Below, piece after piece: positions 10,108 through 18,244 of a stretch of 64,000 bases of DNA. The notes under the pieces were generated by a model. It saw nothing but the letters and a program-made list of their open reading frames with translations. It ran no database searches and had not been told where the DNA came from. Source of the DNA: an uncultured Dehalococcoidaceae bacterium (GTDB lineage: Bacteria; Chloroflexota; Dehalococcoidia; Dehalococcoidales; RBG-16-60-22); NCBI GenBank assembly GCA_964468755.1, contig CAYXWH010000001.1, forward strand, positions 15,148 to 79,147, written 5' to 3'. Within the stretch, counting starts at the first letter, position 1. Every line of letters starts with the position of its first letter. The translations under genes and the position numbers were made by a program.

Positions 10108-12081
10108 TTGAGCGGTTATCAGGAGCTTATTGGAAACCATACCTTGAAATGGCCCTATCCCGTCAATTACGGTAAGGAGACCGAGGTCAGTACCGATGTC
10201 CTCATCATCGGCGGTGGTGTTGCCGGTTGCCATGCCGCCATCAATGCCGCTAAACAGGGAGTAAAGGTTGCCGTGGTTGACAAGGCTTCAATCTACCGGA
10301 GCGGCTCGGGGGGAGCCGGCGTTGACCACTGGGGCGGTGCTTTGACCAATCCACGCTCCAGAACCACCCCTGAAGAATCGATAGAACTAGCGGAAGGGCC
10401 GTTTATTCCAAGCGACTATTCTCTGGGACATATCCGTTACATTACTTCCAAGGAAAGCTATGATGCCCTCCTTGACATGGAACAGATGGGGATGAAAATC
10501 CGGGACGTGGACGACGAGTTTGTCGGCGCTCCATTCCGGGATGAAGAGACCAGGCTCATGTTTGCCTACGATTACGATAACCCGACCTGTATCCGCGTCA
10601 TGGGATCTAATGTTAAGCCCTGCCTGTATAACGAGCTCAAGCGACTGGGTGTAGAGCTCCGGGAGCATATCATGGTGACCGGACTGCTCAACGAGGGGGG
10701 CAAACAGGGGGGTAGGATAGTCGGCGCCACCGGGGTGAATATCAGGACCGGCGAGTTCTACATCTTCAAGGCGAAAGCTACCATCCTCGCCACCGCCCAG
10801 CCGTTGCGCATCTGGATATTCAACACCGAGCTGGTGGGGTCATATGTTGAGCACGATGACCCGAACCTCGCCGGCGACGGCGATGCCATGGGCTGGCTGG
10901 CCGGCGCCGAGCTGACCATGATGGAGCGGAGCCAGGATTCATCCGGCCCGTTCCGCTATCCGCCTTACGGCACCGGAAACGCGAGCAACACCTGGTTTGC
11001 CTGCAGCATGGTGGACGCTGACGGCAAAGAAATCCCCTGGGTCGACGGTAATGGTAACGTACTGAAAACGGTTGAAGAACGATACCATAACGGCGGAGAA
11101 GGGGGACGCCGGGGCAATGGCGCCCGGCTTATCCCTGACCTGGCCGAGCGCATCACGAAGGGGGAATACAAGCTCCCCCTGTATGCTGATCTGCCCGGCA
11201 TGCCGGAGCATGAGCGAAGGGCAATCTTCGGCTTAATGGTGGGGAACGAGGGCAAGACCCGCATGGCAGTATATGACATGTACACCAGGTATGGATTTGA
11301 CCCGGACAAGGATATGCTCCAGGCTAACGTTTTACCACCGGCACTTGCCGGAAGAATGGGCCCCTGGTGGGATATGAAATCAGCCCTGGCCTCGGCGCCG
11401 CAGTGGCGGGCGACTGCCTTTATCGGCGGCGGCGGACTGCTGGTCGACTGGGATATGAAGACGACGCTCGAAGGTTTATATGCCGCCGGTGCCCAGACCG
11501 CTGGCGGCGGTGGTCATGCCGGGGCGGCTGCCACCGGCAGGTATGCCGGCAGGAAAGCGGCTGCCTACATAAAGGAAGCCGGAGACCCCGTTATCGACCG
11601 CACGCAGGTGGATGAGGAAAAAACCCGGGTCTATTCTCCCGTCGGCCGCAAGGGCGATATCGGCTGGAAAGAGTTGCATGGAGGGATTGCCCGCATCATG
11701 CAAGACTACTGCGGTGAGTACAAGAGCGAGGAAGTCCTCAAGAGGGGGCTGTGGTGGCTGAACAGTATCCGGGAGAGCGAGGCGGAGCGGGTCTATGTCC
11801 GCAACCCGCATGAGCTGGCGCGCTTCCTGGAGACAATGGTACGACTCACCGTAGGTGAGCTAATCATGAACGCATCACTGGCGCGGCAGGCAAGCAGCGA
11901 GCCGCTGGACTTCTGGCGTCTGGACTACCCCGAGGTTGACCCGCCGGAATGGCAGAGGTTTGTCACCATCAGGCTGGAAAACGGCGAGGCTAAGGTGGGT
12001 GAGCGGCCGTTTAAATTCTGGCTGCTGCCGCCCAACGCCCCCACATATGAAGAAAACTACCGGCAGCACTGCGGACTTTAA
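10108..12081 (+). CDS. AprA-like FAD flavoprotein (adenylylsulfate-reductase-alpha / fumarate-reductase superfamily), copy 1, with no adjacent ferredoxin gene
   Basis: 657 aa with a TTG start 7 nt after GAGGAGG. AprA-like blocks include the FAD fold DVLIIGGGVAGCHAA, FYIFKAKATILATA and the C-terminal LDYPEVDPPEWQRFV. It is a close paralog of 18245-20218. Confidence 0.7.
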   Translation: MSGYQELIGNHTLKWPYPVNYGKETEVSTDVLIIGGGVAGCHAAINAAKQGVKVAVVDKASIYRSGSGGAGVDHWGGALTNPRSRTTPEESIELAEGPFIPSDYSLGHIRYITSKESYDALLDMEQMGMKIRDVDDEFVGAPFRDEETRLMFAYDYDNPTCIRVMGSNVKPCLYNELKRLGVELREHIMVTGLLNEGGKQGGRIVGATGVNIRTGEFYIFKAKATILATAQPLRIWIFNTELVGSYVEHDDPNLAGDGDAMGWLAGAELTMMERSQDSSGPFRYPPYGTGNASNTWFACSMVDADGKEIPWVDGNGNVLKTVEERYHNGGEGGRRGNGARLIPDLAERITKGEYKLPLYADLPGMPEHERRAIFGLMVGNEGKTRMAVYDMYTRYGFDPDKDMLQANVLPPALAGRMGPWWDMKSALASAPQWRATAFIGGGGLLVDWDMKTTLEGLYAAGAQTAGGGGHAGAAATGRYAGRKAAAYIKEAGDPVIDRTQVDEEKTRVYSPVGRKGDIGWKELHGGIARIMQDYCGEYKSEEVLKRGLWWLNSIRESEAERVYVRNPHELARFLETMVRLTVGELIMNASLARQASSEPLDFWRLDYPEVDPPEWQRFVTIRLENGEAKVGERPFKFWLLPPNAPTYEENYRQHCGL

Positions 12082-12155
12082 ACCCGGCATGTTGCTATCG
12101 CATAAAATAATTAAATAAAAACTATTTAAATAGAGAAAGGGGATACATCATCGCT

Positions 12156-14117
12156 ATGAGCAAATTACTGTGGGAACCTACCGAGGAAACAATAAAACAG
12201 GCTAACATGACCAGATTTATCAACTTTGTCAATGAAAAACAAGGCATGAAACTAAACTCGTATGATGACCTCTATCAGTGGTCAATCGAGAATATACCTG
12301 AGCTCTGGGGAGCCGTCTGGGAATTCACCGATGTCAAAGCTTCGCGCGGCTATGACCGGGTGGTCGACGACCTCAATAAGTTCCCCGGTGCCACGTGGTT
12401 TGAAGGCGCCCGGCTGAACTTCGCCGAGAACCTGCTCCGCTACCGCGATAACCACACGGCATTCATCTTCAGGGGCGAGGATAAGAAATATACCCGCATG
12501 ACCTACGCCGAACTCTACTATACAGTAGCTCGCCTCGCCAAATCATTGCGTGAAATGGGGGTGAAGCCCGGGGACCGGGTAGCCGCCTATATGCCCAACT
12601 TGATAGAGACCGCTGTTGCCATGCTGGCGGCTACCAGTATCGGGGCGGTCTGGGCATCCTGCGCCACTGACCTTGGCCCGGGAGCTGTAATCGACCGTCT
12701 CGGGCAAATCGAACCGAAGGTCCTTTTCACCGTTGACGGCTATTTCTACAAAGCCAAGACCTTCAGCTCACTGGCCAACGCCGCCGAAATCGCCAACGGG
12801 ATACCGTCTCTGGAAAAGGTCATCGTGGTCCGTTATACCGAAGCGGACTCGGATATCAGCCAGATTCCCAACTCCGTCTACTATGACGTCTTTACCTCCC
12901 AGGAAGAAAAACCCGAGATTGAATTTGAACAACTCCCATTTATGCACCCGTTACTCATCATGTTCTCTTCCGGAACCACCGGAAAGCCAAAGTGTCTCGT
13001 CCAGAGTGCCGGAGGTATCCTGCTTAACCACGCGAAAGAGCTCATGATTCAGTCCGACGTCAAACGCGAGGACAAAATCTTCTACATCACCACCTGTAGC
13101 TGGATGATGTGGAACTGGCTGATCAGTTCTCTGGGAATCGGGGCGACAGTCATCCTCTACGACGGCAACCCCATGTACCCGGACGCCGGTGCCATGTGGA
13201 AGCTCATCCAGGATGAAAAGATAACCATTTTCGGCACCAGTGCCAGCTTCATTAACTACTGCAAGAGCGAAGGACTACAACCGGGCAAGGACTATAACCT
13301 TTCATCGATGCGGGAGATGTGTCAGACCGGCTCGGTGCTTTCCAGCGATGGTTTTGAATACATCTATGAGGCGATCAAGAAAGACCTGCACTTCAATTCC
13401 ATCGCCGGTGGTACCGACATTAACGGTTGCTTCGCCATCGGAAGCCCCACTGTCCCCGTTTACGCCGGTGAGCTACAGAGGTGGGGATTGGGCTTCAAGA
13501 TGAAATGCTACAACGAGAACGGCAAACCGGTAGTCGACCAGCTGGGTGAACTCGTCTGTGAAGCGCCCGCTCCGCCCATGCCACTCTACTTCTGGAATGA
13601 CCCGAACAATGAACGGTACATGGATGCATACTTCAACGTATATCCGGGAATCTGGCGCCACGGCGATTATGTCATGGCCCACAGTGATACCAACGGGGTA
13701 ACCTTCTTCGGTCGCTCCGATGCCCTCCTCAAACCTTCGGGAGTACGTATCGGCACGGCGGAAATCTATAATCAGGTAGAACTGCTGGATGAAATCGCCG
13801 ATAGCCTGGCGATAGGTCAGGACTGGAAGGGCGACCAGCGGGTGATACTTTTTGTGAAACTCGCCGAGGGATACGAACTGACCGAGGAACTGGAGAAGAA
13901 GATTAAAACGACCCTCCGGGTGAAAGCCTCGCCCCGGCATGTTCCGGCACGAATTCTCACCGCTCCCGACATTCCTTACACCCTTAATGGCAAGAAGGTG
14001 GAGACTGCGGTTACCAATATCATTCAGGGCAAGCCCGTATTGAACCGGGATGCCTTGAGCAACCCCGAATCGCTGGACTTCTACGAAAATATTGTCCCCG
14101 AACTGGAGAGGGCCTAA
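12156..14117 (+). CDS. aacS: acetoacetate--CoA ligase (acetoacetyl-CoA synthetase)
   Basis: 653 aa. The N-terminus MSKLLWEPTEETIKQANMTRF, the AMP-binding motif MFSSGTTGKPKC and the overall length fit the AacS subfamily of acyl-CoA synthetases. Confidence 0.75.
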   Translation: MSKLLWEPTEETIKQANMTRFINFVNEKQGMKLNSYDDLYQWSIENIPELWGAVWEFTDVKASRGYDRVVDDLNKFPGATWFEGARLNFAENLLRYRDNHTAFIFRGEDKKYTRMTYAELYYTVARLAKSLREMGVKPGDRVAAYMPNLIETAVAMLAATSIGAVWASCATDLGPGAVIDRLGQIEPKVLFTVDGYFYKAKTFSSLANAAEIANGIPSLEKVIVVRYTEADSDISQIPNSVYYDVFTSQEEKPEIEFEQLPFMHPLLIMFSSGTTGKPKCLVQSAGGILLNHAKELMIQSDVKREDKIFYITTCSWMMWNWLISSLGIGATVILYDGNPMYPDAGAMWKLIQDEKITIFGTSASFINYCKSEGLQPGKDYNLSSMREMCQTGSVLSSDGFEYIYEAIKKDLHFNSIAGGTDINGCFAIGSPTVPVYAGELQRWGLGFKMKCYNENGKPVVDQLGELVCEAPAPPMPLYFWNDPNNERYMDAYFNVYPGIWRHGDYVMAHSDTNGVTFFGRSDALLKPSGVRIGTAEIYNQVELLDEIADSLAIGQDWKGDQRVILFVKLAEGYELTEELEKKIKTTLRVKASPRHVPARILTAPDIPYTLNGKKVETAVTNIIQGKPVLNRDALSNPESLDFYENIVPELERA

Positions 14118-14160
14118 CCACAGCGCAAAGCCGGATAGTGCTGTCTACAATTTAATACAT

Positions 14161-15351
14161 TTAATAACCCAGCCTGGAGAGTCGGTCGGCTAATTTCTTA
14201 TCCCGGTCTGCCACCCGGTCTATCCGAACCACTGCCGACTTACCCGTTTCTTCCGGTATCCACTCAAATTTGCCCGGGTCAAGCTTATGGCCACTCAGCC
14301 CGGGATAATCAGGGGCATAGCGATAGGCCCGGAAAACCTGGTTGTTCAAGCCAAACACGGGGTGTTCATAGTAAAAGGGGCTGATGAACTCCCAGACGGT
14401 CTCCCCGTCGGGGGTTACCTCAAATATTCGGCCCTTATGTCCCTCACAAACCAGGGTATTCCCGTTGGGCAACCTCTGGCAGCCGGATACTATGGACGAC
14501 TGGAAATTGTGCCTGGTTTTATCCATGTATTCCCACTCGATTTGACCGGTTTTGGGATTCATTTCAACCACACGGGAATAGCTGATATGGGCTGTCCTCC
14601 GGTGGTGACCATTGTCGAAGACCAGGATGTTCCCGTTTTCCAGCAGCGTCGGGTCATGCGGATGAGCCAGCTCCCCGGCTCCCCAGCGCCACTTAATATC
14701 GCCGGTGGTACGGTCAATAATGACCATCCAATCAGTATGGCGGAACGTGGTTAAAATATCTCCATCAGGCATCACAAAACAGGCATTGCCGTGAGTCCAT
14801 TCGGCACGGCCACAGAGGGGGCAGATAATATCAACTTCCGGGTCAAGGTGTTCATAACTCAGCCACTCCCATACAACCTCACCATCCCGGGAAATCTCAC
14901 GGAAGGAATCCGCCCACATCACCCCGTTATGCTCAGTGCCCGGAACACCACCCTTAACCCCGGCGGTAATATCATCCGGCACCTGCACCCATCTCAGATA
15001 CATGGTATTGCCATTGTCCAGTCGGCAAAAGTCATGGTGGTGGTACGTGTCTTCATACTTCCAGATAATGTTGCTATCCCAATCCGCTTCGAGCAGTACA
15101 CCACCGGCCCCACCCATATCCGTCAGGGGGCCATCGAGAACCCTCCCTGCATAGAGCAGGTTACCATTGGGTAGCAGCTTCCCGTATTCTCCGGGGATGT
15201 AGGGTAATTTCCAGCGGTGGACAAAGCGGCCCTGCATGTCCACCAGCCACACCATTCCAGTACCCCACGGAGCGAAAAGCGTATACCCGTGAAATGATTT
15301 CGACGAGTCAAATCTGGTTACCAGCTCCGGTTTTCCTTCTTTAAACTGCAT
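14161..15351 (-). CDS. aryl-sulfotransferase (ASST)-like beta-propeller protein, cytoplasmic (no signal peptide)
   Basis: 396 aa. Repeated W-rich propeller blades (LLPNGNLLY, RLDNGNTMY, LENGNILVFDNG, RLPNGNTLV) are typical of the arylsulfotransferase family. Confidence 0.55.
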   Translation of the reverse strand: MQFKEGKPELVTRFDSSKSFHGYTLFAPWGTGMVWLVDMQGRFVHRWKLPYIPGEYGKLLPNGNLLYAGRVLDGPLTDMGGAGGVLLEADWDSNIIWKYEDTYHHHDFCRLDNGNTMYLRWVQVPDDITAGVKGGVPGTEHNGVMWADSFREISRDGEVVWEWLSYEHLDPEVDIICPLCGRAEWTHGNACFVMPDGDILTTFRHTDWMVIIDRTTGDIKWRWGAGELAHPHDPTLLENGNILVFDNGHHRRTAHISYSRVVEMNPKTGQIEWEYMDKTRHNFQSSIVSGCQRLPNGNTLVCEGHKGRIFEVTPDGETVWEFISPFYYEHPVFGLNNQVFRAYRYAPDYPGLSGHKLDPGKFEWIPEETGKSAVVRIDRVADRDKKLADRLSRLGY

Positions 15352-15408
15352 AATAACTCCCCCTTTTTCATTACAGTCTTGAGATAGCCCCGATATTTAT
15401 CCGTATCC

Positions 15409-16743
15409 TTACCGGTAAACACCATACTCTCTAGCCGCTTCGGTTATGGCATGGAGATTATCCGGACTTGCCTCATCAATTACCACGCCGGCATCCAGGA
15501 TAAAACCGCCACCTTTACCGGCAGTCTCTATGAGGTTCCGGCAATACTCCCTGGTCTTTTCCGGTGTACCGGAGACCAGCAGCGACGAAGGAATATTCCC
15601 CATGATACACGCGGTTTGCCCAAGCACTTCCCTGGCTCTGGCCATATCGGTCTGGTCGAAGTGCCACACTACCTTACCCCGGGGCAGGTCTTTGATAATG
15701 TCCAGTCGCGAATTGTAGCCACCCTCAGCAAATAAAGAGGGTATCAGTCCTTCATCAATCAAGCCCAGGATTACCTTCTTGAGGGTAGGCCAGTAAAATG
15801 TCCGGTACTGCCCGGCCGACATAAAGCCGTCAGCGCCTTTATGCAACGGTATAAATATTACCGGAACTCCCGAAGTGTCGGCTGCGGAGACGCCGCGCTT
15901 GATTTCCATGGCAACCAGACCCTCCATAGCTTCCAGAAGCTTGTCCGGCTGCCGGTACATATCCATTATTATCCCCTGAGTACCCCGCAGGGTATCACCG
16001 ATGGTGTCAAATGGCGCCTTGGCCATGCCGCCATTGAACAGCGGCAGTCCCGATGCCATCGCCGCTTCATCACATTTATTAATGATATCCATCCATTTAC
16101 GTGATTCGCTGCCCGCTTCCAGTAGCGCCTGGAACGCAGCCTGGACTTCCGGCCGCCCCAACGGCGCCAGGCTGGGCGCAGTAGCCGGCATTTCGATGAT
16201 ATCGGTAAAGGGCACTAACTTCGCCAAAGGCTCCAGGGTACCGAAGATGCGGGGCATATAGACCCTCAGCCAGAAATCGGACGGGTCTTGAATGAGGATA
16301 TCGTATTCATCGGCTTTCATGTATTCCGCCTCGACACACTGATATGACGTCATCGGCGAGGTGCCATGGCCGGGCCATCGGTATAATCTATAATCAATGA
16401 TTTCCAACGCTTTTCCGGGGCCAATCGCCCCGGGACTGAAAAATACATCCGGGTCAAAGTCACGGGCAAACTGCAACCAGGCATGGCTCAGTTTTTTATA
16501 GTCGTACATGACGGCTTCCGGCGTTAGTCCGGCGTAAAAAGCCGGGTAAAAGCCCATAGACAGGTGGACCGGGACCCGGTCCGGCTGGCGCAAATTGATG
16601 GCATCAACCAGCCTGGTCACCCGTTCCCGGTAGCGTTTCTCAGCCTCCGGACTGGTAAACACCAGTCCTTCCGGGGAAAGCCACTGCTTAAACCGCTCTT
16701 GCCACTTTTCTTCGGCAGATAGTCCCGCCCATTGCTTTTCCAT
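15409..16743 (-). CDS. uroporphyrinogen decarboxylase (URO-D) family protein (methyltransferase/decarboxylase-like)
   Basis: 444 aa. The N-terminal helical extension followed by a TIM-barrel-like body (DRVPVHLSMGFYPAFYAG...IPLHKGADGFMS...GGGFILDAG) resembles non-HemE URO-D family members. Confidence 0.55.
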   Translation of the reverse strand: MEKQWAGLSAEEKWQERFKQWLSPEGLVFTSPEAEKRYRERVTRLVDAINLRQPDRVPVHLSMGFYPAFYAGLTPEAVMYDYKKLSHAWLQFARDFDPDVFFSPGAIGPGKALEIIDYRLYRWPGHGTSPMTSYQCVEAEYMKADEYDILIQDPSDFWLRVYMPRIFGTLEPLAKLVPFTDIIEMPATAPSLAPLGRPEVQAAFQALLEAGSESRKWMDIINKCDEAAMASGLPLFNGGMAKAPFDTIGDTLRGTQGIIMDMYRQPDKLLEAMEGLVAMEIKRGVSAADTSGVPVIFIPLHKGADGFMSAGQYRTFYWPTLKKVILGLIDEGLIPSLFAEGGYNSRLDIIKDLPRGKVVWHFDQTDMARAREVLGQTACIMGNIPSSLLVSGTPEKTREYCRNLIETAGKGGGFILDAGVVIDEASPDNLHAITEAAREYGVYR

Positions 16744-16934
16744 AGCTACTTCACGCCTGCCCGTCCTTTTTAACAGCTCCGCTATGGCATCGCGCCCGGG
16801 CCACTCACCGGGTCTTCAGCCATATAACTATATATTATTACGTTATCACGATACCCAAAATACAACTCGCGCTACTGTCACCTAGAGCTAAAGGGATTGC
16901 CAAGCCCGACCATCCGAATTTTCTGTATAAATAA

Positions 16935-17705
16935 CTATATACGACTGGTCAACCCACCATCCACATAGAGTATTTGTCCGGTAATGAAATTAGATGCCGG
17001 CGAAGCCAGAAACAGGGTAGGTCCAACAATATCCTCAGGCATCGCCCAGCGGCCAATCGGGATGCTCTCCCTTAGCTGCCGGGCTCCCTCAGGACTTTCC
17101 AGAACGGAACGGGTAAATTCAGTCTCGACCACGGTGGGAGCAAGGGCATTGACCAGGATATTGTGTTTTGCCCAGGCACAGGCGAGCGCCTTGGTAATAA
17201 GATTGACCGCAGCCTTGCTGTCGCAGTAGCCAAGACCGCCATCCGGTGGCGCGTAGGAGCCTCTCACCGAAGAAATATTGATGATTCTACCGCCACCCTG
17301 CTTAATCATCATTCTGCCCACTGCCTGGCAACAGAGCAGGGTGCCGCGGGTATTAACATCAATAACCTTCTGCCATTCTTCAATCGGAAAATCGGTGGCG
17401 TCATAACCCCTGATATTTATTCCGGCGGCATTCACCAGAATATCAATGCGGCCAAAGGTATCTATGGCTTTTGTTACCATGCCCGTTACCGACTTCTCAT
17501 CGGTAACGTCTACCTTTACGGCAAGCGCCTTTCTTGCCAGCGCCCTCACCTTCTCGGCTGCCGTCTCAGCCACTTCCAGCCTGCTATCGGCAGTAACTAT
17601 GTCAGCGCCATGCCCGGCAAACCCCAGAGCTTGGGCACTGCCAATACCACCAGCGCCGACTATCATGGCGACCTTCCCGGCAAAGTCAAAAACATCACTC
17701 ATCAT
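16935..17705 (-). CDS. SDR family oxidoreductase (FabG-like), paralog of 21175-21939
   Basis: 256 aa with a glycine-rich GAGGIG motif, NAAG, and catalytic S...YCDSK. Confidence 0.85.
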   Translation of the reverse strand: MMSDVFDFAGKVAMIVGAGGIGSAQALGFAGHGADIVTADSRLEVAETAAEKVRALARKALAVKVDVTDEKSVTGMVTKAIDTFGRIDILVNAAGINIRGYDATDFPIEEWQKVIDVNTRGTLLCCQAVGRMMIKQGGGRIINISSVRGSYAPPDGGLGYCDSKAAVNLITKALACAWAKHNILVNALAPTVVETEFTRSVLESPEGARQLRESIPIGRWAMPEDIVGPTLFLASPASNFITGQILYVDGGLTSRI

Positions 17706-17853
17706 TTTTCCCCTGGATTCATACTATTTTACTATACGGCGTTGTTATCCCCTCCGAAACACACTATCACACCCAACCGCACTATTGTTCAGGTTAGCCA
17801 TCTTGAAGTTAACCCTGAATAACACACTATCTATACAGGCACTGTCCAACCCC

Positions 17854-18204
17854 TTAGCCCACCGGCGGTCTGGTGTTGGGTGGCGGGGGGTTCTTCATGC
17901 CGATGCGGAAGTACTCGCCGGTCGCCTTGCGCTTCCAGCCAACCCGCTGGTTCAACGGGTGCTCCATCCGTATCGCCCCCGGTACCGGACACGGCTCAAC
18001 ACAGCAACCACCAAACCAGCACTCATCAGGATAGAGCACTATAGGCGGTTTGCCCTTCTCCAGATTGGGCACCAGCACATCCGTCCGGCATACCTCCACG
18101 CAATTATTACACCCGGTACAGAGCTCCGGGTCGATGATTATTGCCTGGCATGGGGTCATCGGATTGGGGACCATGTAGGCCTCATTGTAGACTTCGCTCA
18201 CCAT
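17854..18204 (-). CDS. AprB-like 2x[4Fe-4S] ferredoxin subunit, copy 1
   Basis: 116 aa (MVSEVYNEAY...). It has CTGCNNCVEVC and CWFGGCCVEPCP cluster motifs, then a basic beta-hairpin tail WKRKATGEYFRIG as in APS reductase beta. AGGAGG precedes the ATG at 18204. The longer 157-aa ORF in the track is rejected. Confidence 0.65.
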   Translation of the reverse strand: MVSEVYNEAYMVPNPMTPCQAIIIDPELCTGCNNCVEVCRTDVLVPNLEKGKPPIVLYPDECWFGGCCVEPCPVPGAIRMEHPLNQRVGWKRKATGEYFRIGMKNPPPPNTRPPVG

Positions 18205-18244
18205 TAGACAAGACCTCCTTATTTTTAAAGTAACCCGGTAAGAG

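Noticed and set aside
10108-12081. Calling the AprA-like genes bona fide adenylylsulfate reductase, implying dissimilatory sulfate reduction or sulfur oxidation
   Set aside because: No sat, qmoABC, dsrAB or dsrC genes occur in the window. The segment corresponding to AprA ETRWPGYYYR is replaced by SSEPLDFWRL. Two close paralogs plus a third related flavoprotein look like a catabolic enzyme family rather than a core Apr locus. The comparison is from memory only.
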